Assembly (NCBI GenBank): GCA_918797485.1
Contig: CAKKNE010000005.1
Span: 2,046,001-2,110,000, forward strand
From: Pelagomonas calceolata
Lineage: Eukaryota
Length of the DNA: 64,000 nucleotides
Reading direction: 5' to 3'
Shown here: positions 10,795 through 22,314 of the stretch, in pieces
Position numbering within the stretch: position 1 is the stretch's first letter
How the letters are laid out: every line of letters starts with the position of its first letter
The notes under the pieces: model-generated
What the model was told of the DNA's origin: nothing
Database searches by the model: none
The model's input: the letters and a program-made list of their open reading frames with translations, nothing else
Made by a program: the position numbers and the translations under genes

Positions 10795-11117
10795 TTCTGC
10801 TGGCTCTCAGAGGTGCTTGGCTCCGGCACCAGTGCGGTTCGTCTGCTGCTTTACAGCTGTATGGCTTGTGTGGCTTGTGCTTTTTTATGGCACCAGTGCG
10901 GTTCGTGCTCAAGCGAATTGCTGCCGAGGCCAAGCACTGGTCCAAAATACGCCTGCGAGCAGTGTAGCTTCGCGAGCCTTGCAAGCGCGCGCTCTCTTTG
11001 GCTCCAAATCCAAATCGGCTCGGCCGCAAACCCGCACGTAATAGCGCTCCCTAGGGCTAGCATAAGAGAAGCGTGTTTTGAACGTGTATTTTACTCAAAG
11101 CGGGACGGGAAAAAAAG

Positions 11118-11789
11118 CTAGGACGAGTACTGCTTCTTCTTCGTCAGGTTCACCGTCTCGCGCTTCAGCACGTGCAGCAGCGTCTGCGACGACTCCAGGA
11201 TCTTCATGTAGGCCGCCTCCGTCTCCTGAATCGTCTTGTCGTACTCGTTCCGCGCCATGACTCGTCGCGCGAGCGCCTCGTTGATTTTGCTGAGCCTATC
11301 GGTGAGGATGGACAGGTCCTTCTGGATCTTCGCCTTCTCCTCCTCCTCCTTGAGGATGGCCGTGTTCACGGCCTCGCGCTTTTCCCGGAGGTCCTCGATG
11401 CCTGCGCGTTCGGGGACGGTGAGCCGCCCGTCCCTGCGTCCCTGCGTTCCACTCGTGTGTGTGTGTCGCGGCGGCGCGGCGCGGCGTGTCACACCTCGGC
11501 GCGCGCGCCGTCACCGCCTCGCGCGCGCCGCCCGCGCCGCGTCGTCCGCTTGGCAGCCTTTCGCCGCCAACGTTAACGACGGCGGCGGCCGGCGCGCGAA
11601 CTGACGGCTAGTCGCGACGCGCGTACCGCGGCGGGGCTGCGGCGCGGCGCCGCAGGATGGTCATGGGCGCGGCCCGTCCCGCCGGCGCGTCGCAACCTTT
11701 TTTACCGGCATGTTTCCTCATAGACACAGCTGCGTACATTTCACGAGCTCGTTGTTGTAGTTCTGAAGAGTGGCTCCTTGCGAAGCCAT
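11118..11789 (-). CDS. SSNA1: SSNA1/NA14/DIP13 coiled-coil protein, 2 exons (11789-11738, 11401-11118), 111 aa
   Basis: Exon 1 [17 protein letters not shown](C), GT..AG intron 11737-11402, exon 2 [26 protein letters not shown]. Confidence 0.92.
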
Positions 11790-12221
11790 CGCAGACCGAC
11801 TCCTGCGCTGCTTCCTCAGTCAGTGGGCCCTTCGGGTGGTTCTAGGACACACAATTTGCCAGCGGCCGCCGCGCTGTAGGGGTTAGCGCGCCAGGGTGCC
11901 AGATCCAGCTTGCGGACAAGCCAGAGCTCCCGCATACCCCTCGGGGTACGCTCGCGGGAGAGGTACGTCGTTTCGAGCTCGCGCGAAAAACCCGCCACCC
12001 CTAGACCTTCGATTGAAAACGCTGCTCATGTGGCACAGCTGCCATCAGCACGCGTTGATCCTGCGTCTGGTCCTCAGCCCTCACGCCGCAGCGACACGCT
12101 AACTTTTAGCCAGCGAGAAGAGCCGCTAGTGGCCCAGAGAGCCGGAGAGCAGAGCTCTACGCACCTTCTTCTGCGCGTAAACCGAAGCTGTCAGAAGCGC
12201 AGAGCTGTGCACGTCGCTACT

Positions 12222-15214
12222 ATGGACTCTCCCCCGCCCCCACCGCCGCCGCCGACGACGCGCCCGCGCTCCAACACCTTCTCCGGCGGCAGCGGCCCGC
12301 CACGCGCGGCCCGGCAGCCGCCGACGCCAACGATCGCGACGATGCGCCAGCACCTGCGCAGCGTCGGCCACGGCGACCTCATCGATCCGCTCGCCGCCGT
12401 GCTCCTCCAATCGCCGCGGGGTCCAAGAAGGTCGTCGTCCGAGGCGAACATCAGGGCCGGCCCGAGCTACGGCGCGCTGGCCAAGCCCCCGGGCCACAAG
12501 CAAGCCCTCTCGGCGTATCTGAGGCTCGAGTTCCTGCGGAGCGGCAGGGCCGAAGTCTCTCCGCCGCCCATGCTGGCCCACGACGACGTCGAGGCGCGCA
12601 GTCCGCCTCGACGCAGCCGCGCCGCGCCGTCGTTCGACTACCCCCAGTTCAGGACCGACGTCATGGCTACTTGTGTTGCCTTTGTCGTGACGTGTGTTAT
12701 ATATGCGTCGACGGCGCAAGCCATTTTTGGGAAGCTCGATCCGCGGTTGGTTTTCGTCGGCGTCGACGGCGCATTGCTAGGCACCGCCCTCACCGGCATC
12801 GTCTTCGCTTTACGAAGCCAGGTGCCCTGGTGCATCGCGTCGACGGACGTCGGTTTCGCGCCCTTGCTCGCGCAGCTCGCGGACCAGTGCTGGAAGAACA
12901 TCGCGCCGACGAAAAAACACACATTTGAGGTGTGGTCCTTTGAAGAAGACGGCGCTCTGTCGTATGCCGCGGTGCCGGCGGACACGCGGCGCGACTTCGT
13001 GGCGACGTGGGTTGCTGCCTCTTCGTTGATCTTCTTGCTCTGTGGAGGCGTCTTGTGGGCGTTGGGGGCGTTCAAACTTACAAGGGTGGTCAACTTCATG
13101 CCGTATCCTGTCATCTCGGGCATGCTGGCTTCCATTGGTGTGTCATTGTGCAAGTCGGGCGCCCGCGTCGCGGCCGCTCCCGGTTTTAGAGTATCGCATG
13201 AGCTCGGGATACTGTGGCTCTCCTGCGCTTTGGTGCTGGCCCTGTTCATGCGGTTAGCAAGGCGGAGCGGCCGCGTGCCGACGTGGCTCCCGCCCGTGGC
13301 CGTCGTCCTCGTCTCGTCCGTAGCCATGTACCTCGGTATTCTTATTTATGATGTTGACGCATCCGAGGCGGCCGAGGCCGGCGGTCTGTTCGACTGGGAC
13401 CCGGCCATGCTCGCCACGGCGCGCGGCTGGGCGCCTTTGTTGGACATCGACGCGCTGGGCGGGCCGATCCAAGTGGAAAATGTGGATGATGATGCCGAAG
13501 TAGGAGCGGCCGTCACTGAGGCGCCCTTCTGCGTGGTGCTCGTGTCTTGCCTGATTGGATCCGGTGGCGAGTGCTCGCTCAAGCACCTCTCGCATCGCGC
13601 GGTGGGCGGTGTGGCGACGTTCTTTACCCACGTGCGTTGGGCCGTCGTCTTCCAGTGCCGGGGCGTCATCCTCGCCGCGGCGACGCTGGGATCTATAAAA
13701 ATCGGCCTCAAAACGGGAGCCTTCCCGGCCCTCTTCCCGAACGAGGCCATCTGCGCCGATCAGGAAGTAGCGATGGTCGGCTTCAGTAACGTGTGCCTGG
13801 GTTTCCTGGGCGTGCAGGGCGTGGCCTACTCTTTTTCTTCCCTCAAACTCGCGGAGCAGGTCGGCGCGTCTAGACGAGGCGTCGGTTTATGTTTGCCTCT
13901 TTTATGTTTACTGTGCTGGGCCCTGGGATATGCGTTCTTGCGGCACGTGCCGCGCTTCGCCTGCGGGGCTCTCCTATTGGATTTAGGATGGGACTACGTC
14001 GACACCTACTTGGTGGGACAGATCAGTCGCGGTGTGGTGTGGACGGATGTTGACGTCTTGGCGGTCTTCGCCGTCGTGGCCACCGCCATAGCCGCTTCTC
14101 TGTTGGAGGCGGTCGCGGTCGGCGTCGTGCTGTGCCTCGCGGGCACGGCGTCGCGCCTCGCGCGGGAATCGGTCGTCGCTGCCACTTTGTCTGGCGTCGA
14201 CGCGCGGTCGGCGGTGGAACGTTCATCTAGAGCGCAGCGGCGCTTAGATGCGCTGGGCGACGCGATCCGAGTGTTGAGATTGCGCGGTCACGTCTTTTTT
14301 GGGTCCGCGCCTGAAGTTTTATCAGCGGCCACACAACGCCTCGACGACCCCGTCGCTCGACCATTGGAGCACCTCGTCGTCGACTTGGAGGACTGCCAAA
14401 CACGAGCGCTCGACCTGACGGCCGTGGAGACGTTCCAGCGACTCGCGTCGCTCGGCGACGCCTTGGGCTTCCGGCTGTGCGTGGCGCCCGCGCTCGATCT
14501 CTTGGTGGCGTCCTTACCGTCGGCCACGTTCTTCGACACGTATCAGTCCGTGTGAAAATCAACCAGCGAGTGGCGTGGGCGCCTGAAATTTGATATCCAC
14601 ACAGGGCCGACGACGCGCTGGAGAGCTGCGAAGACGCCGTCCTCGACGCAGACGTCCGGTCGGACCTCTTCCGGGCCGCGTCGGGCGACAGCTCGCAGTC
14701 GTCGATGACGTCCCCGAAGGTCGGGCCGGGCGCGCCTCCTCATATTTTGTTGCAGGACTGGCTCCGGGCGAACGACGCCGACGAGGCGCACGGCGACGCG
14801 TCGATACCGGTCGTCGTGGCGGCCCTGGCGCCGAGCGTCGGCTCGCGGCGTTATCATGCGGGCGAAATTGTGTATAGCAAAGGCGACCCGCGCGACGCCG
14901 CGTTCTATCTCGTATGTGCCGGGCGCCTGCGGCTCATGAGCGGCAACCCGCAGCGGTGCGTGAGAAAATTGGGGAGAGGCAACGCCGTGGGCGTCGGCGA
15001 GTTCTATGGGAAGGGGGAAGACGGGCCGCGGTCCGACACCTTGGTCGCGTCGACGGCGTCGACGATCCTGCGCCTGCCGCACGACGCCGTCCGGGAGCTT
15101 GATACAGAATCGCCGCGCGCGGCGCTGTACCTCCACCACCTCCTCGCGCGGACGCTCTCGGGCAAGAACAGCGGCTCGAAGAAGCTGTACCGCCACAACG
15201 CGCCCAACCCCTAG
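12222..15214 (+). CDS. SulP/SLC26 anion transporter with STAS and cNMP-binding domains, 2 exons (12222-14539, 14605-15214)
   Basis: FMPYPVISG, multiple TM segments, LRLRGHVFFGSA (STAS); splicing 14540-14604 restores FDTADDALESCED and joins the cNMP-like ORF 14705..15214 in frame. Confidence 0.85.
14548..14604 (+). mobile_element. Introner-like mini element in GT-AG intron 14540-14604
   Basis: Imperfect TIR CCGTGTGAAAAT / ATATCCACACAG; left TIR starts exactly 8 nt after the donor; TSD no longer recognisable. Confidence 0.65.
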
Positions 15215-15695
15215 TGTCTGTTCGTTGTTTGTTTTATAGCCTAAATTTGTTTAATATATGAGTCGTGTTCCAAGTCGTGGTTCTATTCAGGCTCCTACCT
15301 ACGAGCCTGTAGGAGCTCCAGGCTCGCGTCCGCCGCGAGATTCCGCCGCGGCGTCGCAGTCATGGATCTTGCGACAGGCCTGCGGCGGCGCCCGTAGCCT
15401 GTCCGTGACAATGACCGGGCATACGCAAAACGCTTGGGCGGCCAATGGGACGGCGCTCATGTAGCGTGTAGCCCTAGATAGTCCAAGTTCAGGGACGGCT
15501 TTAGCGCGGAGAGCGGGGCGCAAAAGGAGCTGCACTCCGTCGTTCGCAGCATCCGGCGCTTCTAAACGACTCCAGGCATCAAAAAGAGGCTGCCTCGCTC
15601 GCTGGGGCTGCATCGAGACGCTGCCCAGCTGAGCAGTAAAGGAACAGCCTAGCAGCACCTGCACGCCGCCGGCCGCCGAGGCGAGCACAGCCAAG

Positions 15696-18600
15696 ATGTC
15701 CCTCGACCAGAAGTCGTTCAGCACGAGGCAGGAGCTGCCCTTCGAGAACAGTAGTGTGGCAAGAAAACAACCTTCTATAACACGAGTGAACGCCGAGCCC
15801 GCGTACGGCAGTCGTTTAGTGACGGCCGAGACGAGCAAAGCCACCTACAAGACGCATCGCAGTAGAGTCGACTCCATCCAGGGTAGTATTGATTTCAGCG
15901 ATGAACCTTATAAACCAGAATTTCTCGAAGGCAAAATCTCGAAGAATTTCTGGGCGCAGTTCGAAACGCAGAAAATTGCGAAGGCGAACCAGTCGCTCCT
16001 CGCAAAATTATCCGCCATTCAGGACGAGCCTGTGAGGAGAAGGTTAGCTAGACAGGAGGCTCTCAGAGCCAAAGGCCCGTCCCAAACTAGAACGCGGATG
16101 CGGGAACGCATGCGCGGCATCCGGAACACGCAAATATCGAGAGCTAACGACAAGCAACTGCAGAAACTGAAGCTGCTGAAGCCTACGATTAGTACGAGGA
16201 AGCTCGCCAAGGCTAGAGTGAGAGAAGAAAAGGTCCTATGGCTGCGACAAACCGACTGCACGTCTGGCCACCTACTCAAAGCGCCGAAAACGAACGAAAG
16301 AGCGCAGTTCGAGACCTTCGGCGAGAAGCAGGGCTTCGACCAATCGCTGGATACGGATATCAATTTGCCCGACACGGACGCCATGAGACGAGCGTCGGTC
16401 ACGGACCGGACCTCTACACAAGCTTTGCAGAAGAACCTCCTGCCACCCCTCGAAAGCCCGCAAAAGTCGCCGCCTCGACCCTCGCCGAAGAAGAAAAAGA
16501 AATCACCTCAGAAGAAGAAAAAGTTCGTTCCCGATGAGATACCTCTCCTCAAGCTCATGGAAGAAAAAGAGGAAGAGATCCACATCGACCTGCCGGATGC
16601 TAAATGCATGCACCAGCAACGGCAAACGTTCGTGGTCGACTCGGTAGGAGAGGTGCCCTGCACGACCGAGGTCTGGGCGGCCGAGCCCTACACCATATTG
16701 ACGGAGGTCGAGGTCATCATGAAGTCGACGTCCGGTGATGTGATTACCGAACAAGCTAGATGTATTTCGGATTGGACCGTGAAGTACGGCGGCGCGAAGA
16801 TGGTCGAGTCGCACGACATCGACGCGCGCGCGATGGCCGAGATGCTGGCCAAGATGTTCGATCTCCGCGTTTTGAAGTGTTGAGGCGCCTTCACGCCATC
16901 GACGTGGGTGGTTTCTTTGTTGGTTTTGAGGCCGTTCGGACCGCGATGCTCCGCGCAGGTTCAAAGAAGCGGATGAAGATGACAGTGGCGAGTTGTCGCA
17001 CGAGGAGTTCTTCGGGTTGATGGAAGAAGCGGACTTGGGCTTGAACCGGGCGGAACTGCAGCTCCTGATGCAAGAAGCCGACGAAGATGGCGACGGCACT
17101 ATTTCATATGAAGAATTTATGCCCATTGCCATCGACTTGGTGGCGTCGTTCAAGGCGCGGAAAGTCGCGAAGCGAGCGTCGTCAGCTGAGTCTCGAGAGC
17201 TAGACGCTACGGTAAATAAGAAGCTAGAAGCGCCAGAACTAGAAAAACAGATCGCGGAGGCAGAGCGGATGTTAGGCGAAGCTGATAAAAGAGGCACCGG
17301 TTCCATGACTCGACCGGAGTTCCGGAAGCACGTCAAGAAGACTCCTGTTCCGTTGAATAAATCAGAATTTGCTGCTCTGTTGAAAAAGATGCCCCTCGAC
17401 GCGTTCGGCAAGTTCGTTTACTCAAAATTCCGGAAGACCGTGAAGCAGGTCAAGTTCGATGCGTACAAGTGCGACTTGATCATGAAGCGAGGCAAGGGCA
17501 CGACGACGGGAGACATCATGGAGCTCTGCCGCCATAGCGAATGCGAAATCCTAAAAACCGAGGCCGAGGACCCCAACGCTTCGGAGGAGTTCGACCCCCA
17601 CGACCCGGCCTATACTTTTCTGTTATCGTCAAAGCAGTTCGAGTTGGTGTTGCGAAATGAAAAACTGGGACTTACTGGCTTGCAGGTCATGTCTTTGTTG
17701 GCCGACGCGCCGTTCGAGGATTCTCAGCTAGATTATGTCCTGTATGCGCCTCGCTGCGCGCGAGCCATCGACCACATGCTCGACCCCGCGGCCATGGCCG
17801 CCAAAGTAGATGTTCTCTCTAGTCACTTATCGCAGGAGAAGGCGTTCGGCGGCAAGTCAGAAGCTGATTTAGCCAGGGAACTGAACGCTCTATTTGCTTC
17901 TTTTGACGTGGACGGCAGCGGCTGCTTGGATGGGCACGAGTTCGGCATGGCCATGCAGTCCCTTAACCTAGGCTTAGATCAAGGCGACATCGACTACTTG
18001 TTACTAAGGGCCGATGCGGACGCGAAAGGTACCATCGACCGCAAGGAGTTCATGCAGTTCACCATGGGCGAGTTATTAGACTTAGTAAAAGCGAAGCACC
18101 AGAAGAACCTCCACCAGGACTTAGATCAAACGGCGTCGCATCGGGAGCTCCGCGAAGACGTCGACATGGGTGTCAATGCCTCGTCCTTCGACCAGTTGGT
18201 GGATCGCGATTTATCACCGGATCAACAAGCCGAGATGCAGCAGCTCTTGGAAATGTTTAGGAGGGCGGATACGGATAAGAACGGTTCGTTGTCGGCGAAC
18301 GAGTTCCATCGTTTGTTAGAAGCGTTGGATCTGGGTTTGACCCAATACCAGATGGCCCGCTTGATGGCGGAAGCCGACGAGAACGACGACGGCTGTATCT
18401 CGTATTCGGAATTCGTACCTGTCATGCTCAAGAACCTCGAGACTTATAGAAGTAAGCAGTCCGCCGGCAAGGAGTGGAAGGAGCGCATGGAGAAGGCCGA
18501 GGCCCAGGCCGAATCTGCGCAAAGTGTGTTGAGGCAGCAATTGGAAGAGACGATCCACGTGCTGGAGGGCGCGTTCCGCGAGGCGGCCAAGGTCGAAGCC

Positions 18601-20058
18601 GCCGAACTCGGTGATGGCACCTCACCACATGCCTATCCTTCCCTGAAAAGGGATAATTTTTTGAAGTGCCTGGCCTCGCCAAAGGCGAACCTCGATCGCC
18701 ACATGATCAACATGATCGCCGCGCGCATCAAGGACAAGGACGGGAAGACCCCGACAAAGGGCGTCAAGGACGCGGTCTTTACGTGCCACCTCGAGAACTG
18801 TAAAAGACAAGTCCTGGAGCAGATTACTGGGTCGTCGATGGAGGAACATCTGAGACATATGTTGGGTAATGCCGAGAAGAAGCACGCTCAGGAGCAAGGC
18901 AGGACGGACGAATCTCGCTCAAAAATCTTACCGGCCAAAAAAGTGCACGAGCTGATTTCGGAAGCGAAGGAGCTGCCCCTGACGCGGCAGCAGCTCTTAG
19001 CGGTCATGTCCCTGCAGGCCGAATGCTCCATTGACGACGACGAAGTGTCAGATAGTAAACCCGTCGACATCGTACCGTTCTGTGCCAAAGCAGCCAAGAT
19101 GATCGCGGACTTTTTTGATGTTGGCCATACTAAAAGAAGAGCGCAGCTCGCGAATTCAGCGCGGACGAACGCCGACGAATTGTTAGGTGGGAGGCGGGCC
19201 GATGATCTCGAAGCTAAATTAACTTCAGCGTTCCAGCGGAAGGATTTACAGGGCCGGGGTCATATCAGTCTAGATGATTTCAGACAAGTGATCCAGTCGA
19301 TCACCATCCTAGATTTTACTAGAGGAGAGATCGCGGCTATTCTCACAAATGCGCCTCGCGACAAGGAGGGTCATGTCGTCTGGAACGAGTTCCTGACGCA
19401 AGCTCGGGACATCTTCGCGCTCATAGCCAAAGAGCGCCACGAAAAGGCTTTATCCATGCACGACGCGCACTTCGACCCCCACGGGGACGTCCAGCCTCTC
19501 GACGAGGACCAAGTCGTGGCCTTGGGACGAGCTTTGGCCGAGGCCGCATCTTTGGCAATTGATCCGAATGATCCAGACGCCTTCATCATCAATTTCGAAG
19601 AATTAAAAGTACCGGAACTCTTACAGGGAGGCAAGGCCGGCATGATGGCCGCTTTAGCTTCTCCCCAAGGCAAGGAGCCCGAGGTCGACGTCCTGGCCGA
19701 CGACCCCTGGGGGCGGTCGGAAGAGTGCGTTCTGGCCGAGGAGGAGCGCGACGTGGCCTGCGTCAACACTAATGATGAGGAGATCGATATTAATCACAAG
19801 GTCATGCCCCAGAACCGCGCGATGGCCGCGGACTTCGAACAACTGCAAAAGCGGATGCACATCAAGATTTTGAGGAACAAGGACATGGTCGAGATCGAGG
19901 CGACGTGCCAGGACACTTCTCATAAATTCGAACACGCCATGCGCATGCCGTCCATCGCGATCGTCGACTCGGAGCTGGGCCGGTCCTTCGTGAAGCGCGT
20001 CATGGCGAAGGTGCGCGTCGAGGTGAACGATGTGCTCGAGGAGCGGCTTAAGGTTTAG
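15696..20058 (+). CDS. Large multi-EF-hand calcium-binding protein (~1419 aa), 2 exons (15696-16855, 16959-20058)
   Basis: Intron 16856-16958 (GT..CCGCGCAG) gives MLAKM|FKEADEDDSGELSHEEF; many D-x-D-x-(D/N/S)-G loops. An alternative donor at 16877 is also in frame. Confidence 0.8.
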
Positions 20059-20453
20059 TTTTTGTAGGCCTGCTTTGCTTGGAGGTAGCCCACGCCCCGG
20101 CCCCCATGCGCGACGGTCCGCGTTCGCGCCGCCGCGGGGAAACCAACCGGGCGGGGCAGACGTCCCCGCGTCCTCCCCGGGAGCCGTCGAGCCGTGCCGT
20201 TATTAAGAGGCTGGGGGGCTCCGAAAAGTCAACGAAGGGCGAAAAGTTCAAGCGAAGGGCATCGTTATTAAGAGGCTGCACATCTTTGACTATCCGCCCC
20301 GTAAAAAGCGCCCGCCGGTCCCGCCGGCCCGAATCCCATCGCAACCGCCCGCTGGGGCAGCCCGGCGCTGGCGCGCGCCGCACCGCCGCCGGCGCGCGCC
20401 GCACGGTAGGTGAGTGCTGTCCGCAGCCCAAACGCGGCAAGAACAACTGCGGG

Positions 20454-21003
20454 ATGGCCGGCCGCGGGCGCGGGATGGCCGGCCGCGGGCGCGGGACGGC
20501 CCTCGGGCCCGACGAACGCGATAACATCCGCGTGCAGCTCGACGTCCTGCGGGCGACGGCGCGGAACTCAAAGTTCAGGCCCCACACACGTCTCAGGCTA
20601 TTGGCGTCCACGCAGGCAGGACAGGCTCGACGAGCAAAGAGCCATCCTCCAGTCGCTCGCCGAGGCGAACGCGGAGGACCAGGCCCGCATCGCGCAGGAC
20701 GGCCCGGCGCTGCAGGAGACCGCCCAGCTTCTCGCGGACACCGAGGTCGTGTTGCAGGAAGCGAGAGAGAATTACGAGCGCGTGGCGCCTGCACCCGCGC
20801 CCCCCATTTCGCCCGAAACGGCGCCTGCGACGGCGCCGGCGCCGGCGCCGGCGCCCGCAACGGCGCCCGCAACGGCGCCGGACGCTGCTGCCGCGGGAAC
20901 TCCGGAGGCGACCCAGACGGACCGGCGGGACCGCGACCGCGACCCGTCCCGCGACCGCTCGCGATCCCGCGAGCGCCTGGGCCGACCGCGCCGGCGCGGC
21001 TAG
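20454..21003 (+). CDS. Small hypothetical coiled-coil protein with RD/RS tail, paralog A, 2 exons (20454-20548, 20616-21003)
   Basis: GC..AG intron 20549-20615 restores NIRVQLDVL|QDRLDEQRAIL, colinear with paralog B. Confidence 0.6.
20557..20615 (-). mobile_element. Introner-like mini element, inverted relative to the 14548 copy
   Basis: First 24 nt match the reverse complement of the 3' end of 14548-14604 at 18/24; absent at the equivalent site in paralog B (~21737). Confidence 0.75.
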
Positions 21004-21681
21004 ATACCCGTGCCGCCCGCGCCGCCCGCGACGGTGATGCAGAAGGTGCGCGTCGAGGTTTCTGATTCGCTGGAGGAGCGGCCAAGATTTAATTTGTACG
21101 GTAGAGTTCTACGGTAGAGTGCCTAGGTAGAGTGCTCGCCACGCCCGAGCCCCCAGACGCCCCCAAGCCCCTAACCCGCCCCGGGTTGAGGTCTCCCTAA
21201 GCGAAAGTGCCGTATAACACATCCCGTCGACGGGATATGTTAGCTGGCCCGCAGGCGACGGCGGCGGGTCGTCGTCGCGACAGGCCGCGCGCGCGTCTCG
21301 GTAGAACCGGGCGGGAGGTGTCTCCACGTCCACCCCGACCCATGTAGCAGTGTCGTTATTGACATGGTCCGTGGTTGTTTGTCGGGCACGCGCAGTCAGG
21401 CGCTTCTAGACCGGGCACGCGCTCATGCAACACAAGCAGCCATCGTGCCGATTTTTAAGGCTTGGGGCTTCGTCCAAAGAAAGGCCCGCCGCCCCCGCCC
21501 CGGCGCGGCTCGAAATTCCGTTGCAACCGCCCGCCGGGGCAGCCCGGCGCTGGCGCGCGCCGCACCGCCACCGGCGCGCGCCGCACGGTGCCCGAAAAAG
21601 GCCGCGGCCGGCGCCGGCCCCTGCGCGCCCGCCGCGCTGGCACCGCACGAGTCGTCTCCGTAGTCGACCGCACCAATTGGG

Positions 21682-22032
21682 ATGGCCGAGCGCCGGCCCA
21701 ACGACCACAATAACATCCGCGTGCAGCTCGACGTGCTGCGGGACCGGCTCGCGGAGCAGCGGGCCATCCTCGACACGCTCGTCGAGGCGAACGCCGAGGA
21801 CGGCCCGGCTCTGCAGGAGACCGCCCAGCTTCTCGCGGACACCGAGGTCGCGTTGCAGGAAGCGAGGGAGGAGTACAAGAGGCGCACGCAAGCGACGCCT
21901 GCATCGGCGCCCGCAACGGCGCCGGACGGACCTCCGGAGGCAACCCAGACGGACCGGCGGGACCGCGACCGCGACCCGTCCCGCGACCGCTCGCGGTCAC
22001 CGACCGCGCCGTCGCGGCTAGATACCAGCTGA
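21682..22032 (+). CDS. Small hypothetical coiled-coil protein with RD/RS tail, paralog B (intronless)
   Basis: NIRVQLDVLRDRLAEQRAIL..GPALQETAQLLADTEV..TQTDRRDRDRDPSRDRSRS shared with paralog A. Confidence 0.55.
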   Translation: MAERRPNDHNNIRVQLDVLRDRLAEQRAILDTLVEANAEDGPALQETAQLLADTEVALQEAREEYKRRTQATPASAPATAPDGPPEATQTDRRDRDRDPSRDRSRSPTAPSRLDTS

Positions 22033-22314
22033 GGCACCGGACGTCGGCGCTGCTCACCACCTGCTATTGACTTTTAACATAACTGCTCTTGACTTCTGAA
22101 CCGTCGCGGCCCTGGGATTCCCTCGCCGTCGTCGCCTCCGAGCTAACACTCGAGGCGACGGCGTATGAGGGCCGGGGGCGGGGCGGGAGTACGTGCGGGC
22201 GTGCGGTCACGCAGGTAGGAAATTCCCGCCACCGTCGACGGGGGCCCCGACGCTACTCCGAATACAAGTAGCATCCTCTATATGCAACACGTCGGGGGCA
22301 AAGGGGGATTCGAG

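Larger units (their letters stand above)
19999..22030. repeat. Diverged ~1-kb tandem duplication (units ~19999-21033 and ~21034-22030)
   Basis: EF-hand gene 3' end recurs at 21034-21098; block 20341-20407 recurs at 21523-21589; paralogous ORFs in both units. Confidence 0.85.

Noticed and set aside
11402..11737. SSNA1 intron as an introner (CTGTGT at offset 8)
   Set aside because: Only a 6-nt resemblance and no TSD; from memory the phase-1 position after 52 coding nt is shared with animal SSNA1, suggesting an ancient intron (unverified)
13470..13610. Odd in-frame insertion in the SulP gene as an intron
   Set aside because: No convincing acceptor or branch site and the frame stays open; left as a loop
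20048..22060. Long Arg/Pro/Ala-rich ORFs on both strands (e.g. 20048..21085, 20079..21065, 21423..22037)
   Set aside because: Stop-poor GC-rich shadow frames; only the frame conserved between the paralogs was kept
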